This document shows positions 54,940 to 64,000 of a stretch of 64,000 bases of DNA, in pieces; position 1 is the stretch's first letter, and each line of letters begins with the position of its first letter. Origin of the DNA: Paramoeba atlantica (lineage: Eukaryota; Protista; Discosea). The stretch spans positions 62,001 through 126,000 of the forward strand of contig CDRNVI010000011.1 in NCBI GenBank assembly GCA_977017575.1. Reading direction: 5' to 3'. The translations under genes were made by a program, and so were the position numbers. The notes under the pieces were generated by a model that was not told the DNA's origin, searched no databases, and saw nothing but the letters and a program-made list of their open reading frames with translations.

Positions 54940-55594
54940 GGGGGGGGGGCTCGTTTATTGTTAACAATTTTTTCGAGCAATATGCTAACAATAATCGAAT
55001 GTTAACAATATTCGAACTTTTACCCCCCAATGCTAACATTATACGAGTTGCAATGAAAGTTCGAATATTGTTAACAATGGGGAGTATTTGGGCACTCTCT
55101 GGAGGTCGCTGAAGGTCACTGGCAATCGCCGAAACTACTAACGACTCTCCAATGACTCCTCTTTAGGGAACTACGCAGTTTTGAATTGCCATCCAGTTTC
55201 ATCCAAAACTGGGGTATGGGAATCGAAGTGCGATGTCGGGTGAGGTACCGTTTACTTGCCTTCTCAACGTTTTATCTCTGGAGGCTGCTAGCGTCGGGCG
55301 ACTGAAAGTCTGTTGTTTCAATAACATTGTTTCGCATATCCTTAAGCGCATCATTTTCCTTATCATGAACACTTTATTTTATAGCAGATTTTTGTTCCCT
55401 ATAACTTGTTTTTTCCCTATAATTTGTTTTATAATAAAACATGATCATAGGGAACAAAAAAATTCAACAGTCACAGTGTGACTGTCACACGAAAAAACGA
55501 AATTAATTCATTGTTAACAATAATCGTATGTTAACAATAAATGAATTTATTGATTGTTAACAATAAGCGAATATTAAAAATAACGAGCCCCCCC
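54940..55594. mobile_element. MITE-like element with GGGGGGGCTCGTT(T)ATT ends
   Basis: Inverted ends and several internal copies of the palindrome ATTGTTAACAAT near both termini. Confidence 0.65.
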
Positions 55595-55711
55595 TTTACA
55601 ATACCGTAACTGCAACGTGTGCCATTGCTATTCATTGACCAATTGATCAATTGCTTCTATTGATCATGTGCTTTTTCAATCATGAAATAAGCAACAGAGA
55701 ATTTCAGAAGA

Positions 55712-56530
55712 ATGTTGGAATCTAGTTGGGAAAAATTTATTGACGATAACAGTCATCCGGAAAAATTTATCTCTGTTCCTGTTCCGGGTGTATCTGAAAA
55801 AAATAGTCCGAGTGTTGTATCACAGAAAAACATATTAACTGAGCGCGGTTCTTTTAGAACAGTTGCTATGGATATTGATCTCGATGAGTGCATTCTGAAA
55901 AGCAAGTCCTCAGAAAGAGAGCTGTCCGAATCTTGTGCACACACATCAAAGCTTGAGGCGCCAAATGTTCCAAAACAAAATTCGCTCTCTGATCAATCTC
56001 AAATAGAGTTTATGCGGCAGATTGAACATTTTCGTACGCAACATGAAAAGCGGCTCTTATACTTGATGTCCTTGCAGAAAAAATTAATTGACGTGCAAAA
56101 GAAACAATCGGAAGAAAAGTCTTTTTTATTCAACATTGAGATGCAACTTCTGGATGTGAACTGTATGATTGCTGAGCGAAAGAAAGAGCACTATATGGCA
56201 CGAATGGAGTTGGACACACTAAAAAGGCGTAGCCTTGGAAAGGAACAAGAACTCAAAATGATGCAGCGAGTTGTCGCTACATACCTTACTTCCGTCGTAG
56301 AAGTGAAAGAAGCGCTAAGCATCCGGGGAGCAGAAAACAGCAGTGAGAAGGAGGTTTCTTCTCTAATTCGTTTGGAAGACAATGCATTCTCATCTGTATA
56401 CCCATCGACCCAGAATGGGAAATATTTTGCTTTTTTAGCTCAATTTGCTACACAGCAACGTTCATTTGGCCTTGATCTTTCTGGTTTTCCTACAAAGGCG
56501 CTGTCCTCTTTAAAATCACTTGGAGTTTGA
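55712..56530 (+). CDS. coiled-coil hypothetical protein
   Basis: 272-aa ATG ORF with a long E/K/Q-rich helical stretch. Confidence 0.65.
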   Translation: MLESSWEKFIDDNSHPEKFISVPVPGVSEKNSPSVVSQKNILTERGSFRTVAMDIDLDECILKSKSSERELSESCAHTSKLEAPNVPKQNSLSDQSQIEFMRQIEHFRTQHEKRLLYLMSLQKKLIDVQKKQSEEKSFLFNIEMQLLDVNCMIAERKKEHYMARMELDTLKRRSLGKEQELKMMQRVVATYLTSVVEVKEALSIRGAENSSEKEVSSLIRLEDNAFSSVYPSTQNGKYFAFLAQFATQQRSFGLDLSGFPTKALSSLKSLGV

Positions 56531-57032
56531 ACCAATGATTTGCCTGGAGCGAAATCGTTCTTGATCAGGAAACTCTTGCGCCATCAGAATCTAGAGCCAA
56601 AATAGAACCAAAATCTAATATTTGCCATGTATTTAGTGAGAAATACTTTCGATTCTCGGTCATTTATCTACTTTTCCAAACGTACATTCTCTTCTGTACA
56701 AATCCTTGTCAGAAAATCATCGAAAGCGAGCACCGATAAAAAGATCGGCTGTTAAAATCAAAGTCTGGCCGCAATCTTGGTCTTTATTTTCATCTTGCGT
56801 TTTTCTTACCTCTGTTTACTTGCTAAAATTCTCACCAATTAAGTATCCTTATGAAAAGAATCCAATGTACAATGTACATATTGGGATGGACGTCATGTAA
56901 TGTACAATATAATGTATAAAATAATGTACAATAATGTATAACCTTCAGTATGGAGAATATGTAGTGTGATGCAAATATAGCCCATACACCTTAGGAATTT
57001 GCTAGCGTCTTCAGCTTGAACAATATTTCTAC

Positions 57033-57365
57033 ATGGGACTGAAGCGCTTAAAAGCGTATGCAGAAATAGGGTTGCTGTGTTCCGTAATGCCTATTGGGAG
57101 TTTCTTCGGGATATGGGCTTTGTGGAAAATATTGCTGTGGAGTTACGGAGGGCGGGAAGAGTTTCGCAGGCAGGTCTTAGTGGAACCCTATGAAAAGGAG
57201 TGGTTTATGGTGAATCCCAAGGAGGTATTTTATAGAAGGGCTCCTCTATCGAATATCCCCCAACAAATTCCGAAGGAAATTGATGCGTTGTGCGAAATGC
57301 CGCAGGGACAAGCGATGCCGCAAACTTGGCCATCAGGAGAGCACCCGCATACCAAAAATTGGTAG
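57033..57365 (+). CDS. small single-pass membrane protein
   Basis: 110-aa ORF with one hydrophobic N-terminal helix. Confidence 0.55.
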   Translation: MGLKRLKAYAEIGLLCSVMPIGSFFGIWALWKILLWSYGGREEFRRQVLVEPYEKEWFMVNPKEVFYRRAPLSNIPQQIPKEIDALCEMPQGQAMPQTWPSGEHPHTKNW

Positions 57366-57550
57366 TTTTATGTGTACGTAACCAAAAAATGATGTGTATA
57401 TTACAAGAATACGACTATCCTATTAGGTTGATTCTTCACCACGAAACCGTGTGATTTCGAATTGTGGTGTCATTGGAATGGGAACGATTTATTCGTAATT
57501 TACTACTAGAATAGCAATTGTTAGAATTTCCTTGTTAGGTCACACTGGTT

Positions 57551-57982
57551 ATGGTCGCTAATCTTTATGATTTTTTGGGTGTATCTAAGGATTGCACTGA
57601 GGTGGAGATTCAACGCGCCTTTCGGCGGTTATCGAAACGTTTTCACCCTGATCAAAACATTCACAAATCTGCAAACATTGCAAAAGAAAGTAGTGGGATC
57701 AGCGAATTATTTCATAACTTGGTTCACGCGCGCGATACCTTAGTAAGTCCCACACTTCGAAAACAGCACGATGACACGCTTGAACTAAGCGGCACACTGG
57801 AGGAAGGACTTGTCTCTGACATTATTACACGTAGAGAATATGAAAAAGCGCAAGGGCAATTGAATTGTCGCTGCGGTTATCTGTACGAAAAAATGACAAC
57901 TACAGTTCTACCAAGAAACTCGTCCTACTTATACCTTACTTGCCCTGGGTGTTCCCTTACAGTTGCCGTATCCGAATTTTAG
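57551..57982 (+). CDS. DPH4: diphthamide biosynthesis DPH4/DNAJC24
   Basis: J-domain with HPD plus CSL zinc finger (CRCG...CPGCSL). Confidence 0.88.
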   Translation: MVANLYDFLGVSKDCTEVEIQRAFRRLSKRFHPDQNIHKSANIAKESSGISELFHNLVHARDTLVSPTLRKQHDDTLELSGTLEEGLVSDIITRREYEKAQGQLNCRCGYLYEKMTTTVLPRNSSYLYLTCPGCSLTVAVSEF

Positions 57983-58440
57983 ACTTGTTAACATATCGTA
58001 GAGCAACACATATACTGCGCGACCTGCAGTTCTAGCTGCTAGGACCGTGGAAAGAATCTTCACTTACCATGTCGCTTCTCGAGTTCCCTGTTTCTTCCTA
58101 TCCGTACCATTGGAAGAAGATTTGTTCAACCTTCGAAAGGTGCTCTTCCCATAGACGTGGGACTCTTTTCTCCCTTTCACAGGATGCTGAGAGCTAGAAG
58201 ATGGTTTTATAGACACATTTCTACTGAATTTGTTAAGCAGGATACATCCCACTGATCTCTTTGAGTGAATTTCTCAAGTGAATCATCTCTTTGATTGAGT
58301 GATGGGCAGGTGTATCAGTATTATGAACTTATTGTTAAGAGTATTGAGCATTGTGATATAAGTTGCTCTTATTACTTAGAACTGAATAGTATTTCTTCGA
58401 ATCTTGGTGCATTTTTCTTTCTGATAGAAGTCTTGGAGCT

Positions 58441-59229
58441 ATGAGGCGTCGATCTGTAAATACAACGAAAATTTGCCTCACCACCCGGTTGAACCAAGAC
58501 TTCGGTTCTACACATTATCCCTTTTTTACTACAGCGATGTCGCCGAAATTCTTCTGGATTTTTTTGAATACCTCCAACCGCCCTCTGGTACATCGTGGAT
58601 GCGGTGGGACTCCTTTGTGGGAAAGCAGACTACAGCAAAAACCAAGCTCAGTCCCTGCATATTCGGGTTGCGAATCACCGGTGAACTTTTGTCAAAAAGA
58701 GTGGCTTTGGAAAATGAGCGAAAATGAGAAAAGGGAGTGCGAAGACGTTGATTATGAGAAAGTTATCACAGTTCCTCACATCGACTTTACTTCTGCTCAG
58801 TTTATATCCTCAGTGGACGGATTACGCATCCAATGCACCCTGCCTGCTGTGTTTAATAGTCCTGTTGTCTGTCCGGATTCAATGAGAAACGGAGATATGT
58901 ACGCCAATTCAGATAAACCTGATCCGTTTTCTGTGGATATAATCCTTTACCCGCATGACGTTTTATATGTTCCACCCCATTGGCACCTCACCGCAGGTCC
59001 AGTACCCGAGGGCTACTCGAAACGAGCCATTGGAAAGGCTGAAAAGAGTCGGTCTCGACCTTTGCGGTGTCTTTTACGAACATATCCTGCACTTCTCCGA
59101 CAAGGTCATTTTACTAAGGCCGATTATCTAGATGCACACAGTGAGTCGGAAAAAGAATTCCTCCGTAAAACGGTACATAAGGCAGTTCGGTGGGACGAGG
59201 TGGGCACGGGTCCACGAAAAGTATTTTAA
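58441..59229 (+). CDS. JmjC/cupin-like protein, possibly catalytically inactive
   Basis: LYPHDVLYVPPHWH cupin motif; no clear HxD/E. Confidence 0.5.
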   Translation: MRRRSVNTTKICLTTRLNQDFGSTHYPFFTTAMSPKFFWIFLNTSNRPLVHRGCGGTPLWESRLQQKPSSVPAYSGCESPVNFCQKEWLWKMSENEKRECEDVDYEKVITVPHIDFTSAQFISSVDGLRIQCTLPAVFNSPVVCPDSMRNGDMYANSDKPDPFSVDIILYPHDVLYVPPHWHLTAGPVPEGYSKRAIGKAEKSRSRPLRCLLRTYPALLRQGHFTKADYLDAHSESEKEFLRKTVHKAVRWDEVGTGPRKVF

Positions 59230-59294
59230 AAAGCGCGATAACCCCCCTCTTTCTAGATTTCTGATACGTGTCCCTGAACTATCTGTGCAGTGTA

Positions 59295-59620
59295 CTCCCC
59301 CTCTCATTAATAATTATAAACCTCCAAAAATCATTAAAGGGATCGTTTGTAGAAATTTAATGAGATTATAATTCTGAGTCTCACTTTTATAATTATAAAT
59401 CTCAAATTCTTCATTTTTTATCTACAAAGACACCTGTACCACATACTTTGCACTAAAAATTGCTTCCAAGTTGAACGAAGTGTCTCGAAAATCAAGAAAT
59501 TGAAGTCCATAGTAGGAAAAAATCACTTATCGAATCTCATTAATAATTATAAACTATAATTATAATTATAAACTAAACGGGTTTATAGATTATAATTATA
59601 ATTATTAATGAGAGGGGGAG
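59295..59620. mobile_element. MITE (326 bp), TA target duplication
   Basis: Perfect 25-bp TIR CTCCCCCTCTCATTAATAATTATAA, TA at 59293-94 and 59621-22, and internal TAATTATAA repeats. Confidence 0.92.
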
Positions 59621-59728
59621 TACCAACATTTTGTCATATCCAGACTTGACAAAATATCATATCCAGTACACCAAAAACGCGCAAAAATCGATTGTCAAAT
59701 TTTTCCCCTATCCAGCGGACCGAGAATA

Positions 59729-62008
59729 CCGTTACCCCCCCTTACTTATCCCGCATTTTGACCCCAAAATCAGTGATTTTGTGATAAGTAGCGTACCTGG
59801 ATAAGTAGCGTACCTGAGTAGTGTACCTTAGGTTGGTGAGTGGTTTTCGGAAGCGTCCTGCCATAAATGAAATTAATAACATAGAGAAAACAAACAGAGA
59901 GAACAACAAACAGAGAGAAGTAATCGAAATATACAAGGTGCATAAAAAACAACGCGAGTGTGAAACTTGATTCTGACACAAATGAAGGCTAAGAGAATGT
60001 CATGCACATTATAAGAACAACATCATAGAACACGAAAAAAAGTAGTGCTAATTACATGACAAGAAATAAGCGGGGGGAAAAAGTGTAGTCGTTGCTGGTT
60101 GTTGATGGCATGGAAAAACATGGAAAAAAAACCAGAAAAATATAAGGAATAATATTTTTATAGAATGACATTCCGACCAGCCCAGGAGTAAAAGCGAACG
60201 AAAAATATTCGATATGCCTCAATTGAATCTATTCTCATATTATAAAATTATCATATTACGCCCGAGCGCACACAATTTTATATCAAAAAGCGCTCACTGA
60301 TCAGTGTCCGCATCAATCACTTCCTCACCGAAAGAAAACTGCTGAAAAGCATTGGAGACGACTTCTGTCTCCAAAGCAGCTTCTGCAGGCGTTGCGCCAA
60401 CCACATGGGTACTACCACGTAGAGATTGTACCCGTTGGGGTACAAATTGTTACTACAAATTGTTTCTGCGCCTCGTAGAAGGTAGGATGAGAGCTTGCGT
60501 TCAAATTCCACACCATAGGCTTCTACTGCAGGAAAGGACTGTAGCGCTTCAGTGACAAAACGCGTGATTTTCTGACACGTGGGGCGGCGAAACCCGTTCT
60601 GAGAGGCACGCCAGGTAGAAAATTTATCCCGGTAATGGTGCTTGAACGCTCGGTTGACTGCAACATCCATGAGTTGGATGAGCGAGGTGCAACCTGAAGG
60701 AATGAACAAGAAATCAACCTCTCGCTCACGAAGGTAAGAAAGAATTTCGTGAGTTCGATGAGCGGCATAGAGGTCAATCACAAGTAAAGTTTGTCGCGGA
60801 GGATAACGCGCATGGTCTAATAACTCTCTTTGAAGCCATGCCATAAAAGAGTCGCCATTTGTCCACCCCGATGCAGTTGTGGTGGCAGTACAACGGTACT
60901 TTACAGCTGCCGCGTTGATTTCCCGAGAGATGGGGCCTGTGGAGGACTGCGCCTGCCAGATGAGATGAGGGGGCAACATGGTGTGGTCCCAAACGCCACC
61001 TGTGCCTCGAACGGAGCGCGCCGCGAAAAAAGCTGTCGTCATTTGGCGTTCCGTTCCGGCTGTGCGAACTCGCACCCGCCGCGTCCCACGAAGTTCAATT
61101 GTAACACTACTTACAGGTTCCCACACAACTCCGGTCTCATCACCCGTGAGGATGACAGAGTAACCTCTGCGATCGACGTTCATCAGAGTCATCATCTCGA
61201 GAAAGTTTCGGACCCGTTCATCAGCATCTGTCGGAACGAGTTGAGTGCAACCGTTTACACGACGGCGACAAACGTTCGCAAATCGACAAAAGCGCTGCCA
61301 GAACTTTTCCTTCCCATTCTCTGTGAGTTGAATGAAATGGTCAAATGTCCCAAAGTATTGGAACATCATCGATTTCGTGACCCCGACGAGCGCGTCACGC
61401 AAGACCGCAATCATGCGAGAACCCTGAGTGTACAATTCCTGATTCTGACGCGGCGGGTGGAATTGATAGGAACTTCCGTGGCCAAGGCGCACAAGCCTCA
61501 TCCACTCTTCCTTCTTCAGGACAATTTTTCGCACCGTGGAAGGAGTGATGCGAAACTCTGCGGCAACTGTTGCTTCGGGCTTCATAGCTTCTACTGCAGC
61601 ACAAATGTTAAGTTTCTGCTGGATAGTAAGCTCGACCCGACTTTTCCGTGGACGGTCTTGTTCAACTTGAGCATGGGCCAGTAGTTCAACGTTTGGGATA
61701 ACATTGACTACGGCATTCGGATCCGGAATTACGACAACCGCCTCTTGTGGTAAGAGTGCGTTGCGGACCTGACCTGCATGAAAAACCAGCCGATTCGGGA
61801 GGATGAGTTGTAGAAAAAAGAATTCAAGAGTTGTAGATAGATAAATACTTTAAAATAGCAACGCATTGTACAGCTACCTCAAATCTAAAACAATAAAAAA
61901 GTTCGGAAAAAAGGCCAAGGTTCAGGTACGCTACTTATCCTTGCGGATAAGTAAGGTTTGGGATTTTGTGATAAGTAGCGTACCTGGATAAGTAAGGGGG
62001 GGTAACGG
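59729..62008 (-). mobile_element. full-length pogo-type (Tc1/mariner superfamily) DNA transposon, 2280 bp
   Basis: Perfect 23-bp TIR CCGTTACCCCCCCTTACTTATCC, TA at 59727-28 and 62009-10, subterminal GATAAGTAGCGTACCTG repeats, and an internal transposase. Confidence 0.95.
60317..61849 (-). CDS. pogo/Tigger DDE_1 transposase, DD35D
   Basis: Frame is open from 61849; first in-frame ATG is at 61585. CENP-B-like HTH (RKSRVELTIQQKLNIC...AEFRITPSTVRKI), then GDET, LLVIDLYAAH and PSGCTSLIQLMD with 35 residues between the last two Asp. Confidence 0.92.
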   Translation of the reverse strand, partial: SIYLSTTLEFFFLQLILPNRLVFHAGQVRNALLPQEAVVVIPDPNAVVNVIPNVELLAHAQVEQDRPRKSRVELTIQQKLNICAAVEAMKPEATVAAEFRITPSTVRKIVLKKEEWMRLVRLGHGSSYQFHPPRQNQELYTQGSRMIAVLRDALVGVTKSMMFQYFGTFDHFIQLTENGKEKFWQRFCRFANVCRRRVNGCTQLVPTDADERVRNFLEMMTLMNVDRRGYSVILTGDETGVVWEPVSSVTIELRGTRRVRVRTAGTERQMTTAFFAARSVRGTGGVWDHTMLPPHLIWQAQSSTGPISREINAAAVKYRCTATTTASGWTNGDSFMAWLQRELLDHARYPPRQTLLVIDLYAAHRTHEILSYLREREVDFLFIPSGCTSLIQLMDVAVNRAFKHHYRDKFSTWRASQNGFRRPTCQKITRFVTEALQSFPAVEAYGVEFERKLSSYLLRGAETICSNNLYPNGYNLYVVVPMWLAQRLQKLLWRQKSSPMLFSSFLSVRK

Positions 62009-62210
62009 TATGTATGAAAAAGTGACCCCAATAGCCACCAAGACCAACCCTTGTACAAATCTGCAATCATCTGTACATCATCTGTAAATATTGTAACAAC
62101 AACAAAATCCTATCAAATTAACATCATCCGTTAATTCTATTTCACGTCTCTCTTTCTCGAATCATCTGTTTCACCACCCTTCTTCCCTACCCCAATCCCT
62201 TCTTTGATCC

Positions 62211-63167
62211 ATGAAATTCCTCTATTTTCACCTCCAACGCATCACCACCCCCTCCCCCACCACCTCCTCCTCCCTTTCCCCCACCCTCCACCTCCACCCC
62301 CTCCGTCTCATCGCTGCTCTTACCTCATCCCCACCGGCTTCCTCCCCGATCTCCCCACCCTCTATCTCCCCACCGTTATACTTCCCGATCTCCCCACCAC
62401 CTATCTACCCGATCTCTCAACCCCTTACCTCCCCAATCTCTCAACCCCTTACCTCCCAACCCTCTATCTCCCCACCCTTACACTCCCCCATCTCCCAACC
62501 CCCTACCCCCTCTATCCCCCACCCTCTGCAAACAGCCTCCCCTCCCTCCCCTCCCTTCCACTCCCCGATCTCCCACCCCCCATCCCCTACCCCCCCTATC
62601 CCCCACTACCCTCTGCGAACAGCCCCCCCTATCCCCCCCTCCCCCGGGGACTGGCTCTGTCCCTCCTGCCACACCGTCTCCCCGCTGCTCTCCCCCCGCT
62701 GTCTCCGCTGCACCGCCCCCCTCCCCCCCGCCGCCCCGCGCTTCCCCCATCCGCGTAACCGCCCCTGGACCCCCGGCGACACGGCCCGGGCACGTGCCAG
62801 GGGGTGGCGCTGTGCGTGTGGGGTAAGGCAGCAGGGGAGCACAGGGGTGTGTGGGCGGTGTGGGAGGGAGAGGGAGCAGCAGGAGGGGGGAGGGGGAGGG
62901 GGAGGGGGGAGGGGAGAGGGGGGTGGGGAGAGGGACTGGAGATGTGGGCGGTGTTGGGAAATGAATGGGGGACACCGGGGACGGTGTTTTCGGTGTTATG
63001 AGAGGAGGGTGAGGGGGACGGGGAGGGGGAGGGGGAGGGGAGGAACGGGGAGGATGTGGAGGTGTGGGGGGTGTTTGTGGAGGAATGTGTGGTGGAGACG
63101 GAGTTGTATGGAGTGTCATGAGCGGCGGTTGGGTGAAAAAATGGAGCATGGCGAAAAGTGTGTATAG
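62211..63167 (+). CDS. RanBP2-type zinc finger protein (4 fingers) with Pro/Ser low-complexity N-terminus
   Basis: WLCPSC...CLRC, WRCAC...CGRC, WRCGRC...N...CFRC and WRCGGC...N...CMEC. Start uncertain. Confidence 0.7.
   Translation: MKFLYFHLQRITTPSPTTSSSLSPTLHLHPLRLIAALTSSPPASSPISPPSISPPLYFPISPPPIYPISQPLTSPISQPLTSQPSISPPLHSPISQPPTPSIPHPLQTASPPSPPFHSPISHPPSPTPPIPHYPLRTAPPIPPSPGDWLCPSCHTVSPLLSPRCLRCTAPLPPAAPRFPHPRNRPWTPGDTARARARGWRCACGVRQQGSTGVCGRCGREREQQEGGGGGGGGRGEGGGERDWRCGRCWEMNGGHRGRCFRCYERRVRGTGRGRGRGGTGRMWRCGGCLWRNVWWRRSCMECHERRLGEKMEHGEKCV
62340..62600 (+). repeat. degenerate C-rich coding tandem repeat (CCGATCTCCC/CTATCTCCCC units; PISPP/PISQP)
   Basis: Repeated ATCTCCC(C/A) cores inside the zinc finger ORF. 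Confidence 0.7.
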
Positions 63168-63333
63168 GGACGGTTTTGTGTAAGATTTTCTGTACTTCAG
63201 GTCTTTTTCTTTGGGGACATGCAAGGGAGACTGCTCGATAGTGTGAGAACGTCTACTCAGAATTTGGATTAATATTCACATTTTCATTGATATATCATTC
63301 TTTTATCTACGTGCTCTATTCTATTCTAGTGAG

Positions 63334-64000
63334 ATGAGAAAACATGGAATACGAACACCTAGGGTACAAACACAGCATGCGAACGGTAAGTACCCAGGAT
63401 TGCGTCATGTTTCCATTTGTTCGGCTTTAAACCGCTTATTGGAACAGAAGTACAGTGAGAAATGCGTCCTGGGATACAGCCCGATGCAAGTATATAATGT
63501 GGTTGCGGACGTTGGACGTTACCCTGCGTTTCTTCCCTGGTGCAACGCGGCAACAATTCATGAAACCAATGAGCGTCGTATGACTGCGGATCTTCAGGTA
63601 GGTTTTCTTTTTCTCCGAGAGGCATATTCAAGTGAAGTGCTGTTGAATTACCCTAACAGAATTAATGCACAACTCAATGGAAAAAGCACTATCCTGAAAG
63701 GTCTTACCTGCGACTGGGGTTTTAGAGAACCTCCTCTCGATCTGTTACCTCATCAGTATCACAGGCACCGAGCTTGTCCAGATACGTCCAGCTCTGCGCA
63801 ACTGACACAGCGCACTGAAGCTAAGGGACAACGAGATCAGCTTGCTAAAAAAGCTTCTCTCGTCACTTTCGATGTCAGCTTTCAGTTTTCCAATCCTATT
63901 CATTCCAACTTGTCAAAACTGTTTCTCTCTCAAGTAGTACAGAAAATGACAAAAAGTTTTGAGGGTCGTTGCGAGACACTTTATGGTCCTGCGGCCTGCG
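63334..64000 (+). CDS. COQ10: coenzyme Q-binding protein COQ10 (START/polyketide cyclase fold), 3'-partial
   Basis: Manual translation from ATG 63334 gives YSPMQVYNVVADVGRYPAFLPWC, ADLQVGF, FDVSFQF and FEGRC. The frame runs off the window end. Confidence 0.88.
   Translation, partial: MRKHGIRTPRVQTQHANGKYPGLRHVSICSALNRLLEQKYSEKCVLGYSPMQVYNVVADVGRYPAFLPWCNAATIHETNERRMTADLQVGFLFLREAYSSEVLLNYPNRINAQLNGKSTILKGLTCDWGFREPPLDLLPHQYHRHRACPDTSSSAQLTQRTEAKGQRDQLAKKASLVTFDVSFQFSNPIHSNLSKLFLSQVVQKMTKSFEGRCETLYGPAAC

Noticed and set aside
60830-61684. 284-aa plus-strand ORF inside the transposon
   Set aside because: Antisense shadow of the transposase with no recognisable domain.
1-64000. Stop-codon reassignment (Blastocrithidia-like code)
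   Set aside because: Conserved genes translate to full length under the standard code and terminate at TAA, TAG or TGA. The two split genes are frameshifts, not in-frame stops.
1-64000. tRNA, rRNA, spliced-leader RNA, U snRNA or telomeric repeats
   Set aside because: No cloverleaf/T-loop, SL or snRNA consensus, or telomere repeat was recognised by eye. A covariance-model scan would be needed to exclude divergent copies.

Overview
Gene-dense, apparently intron-less eukaryotic DNA. About 40 protein genes lie head-to-tail on the + strand, and the only convincing minus-strand CDS is a transposase. This layout, plus PPR-type mitochondrial proteins, extended mitoribosomal proteins, a PEX13.1-like SH3 protein and a Tc38-like protein, points to a kinetoplastid polycistronic unit. 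The compact intergenics and the dispersed LRR family suggest a Perkinsela-like endosymbiont; that taxonomic call is inference. Recognisable genes: TYW1, PDE12, RPN2, bL9m, NAP, V-ATPase A, mL38, aspartate aminotransferase, PSMA2, PEX6, PSD, GPI1, U2AF65, DPH4, COQ10. The most notable signals are four. (1) About nine dyad-symmetric islands where the + strand switches abruptly from C-rich to G-rich inside coding sequence, overriding synonymous codon choice. (2) A full-length pogo-type DD35D transposon with perfect TIRs and a TA duplication, plus several TA-flanked MITE families, many with a C-run TIR. (3) Several compact box C/D snoRNA candidates, two with guides that predict conserved LSU methylation sites. 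(4) Two genes split by single-base frameshifts. All calls were made by eye, with no database searches.
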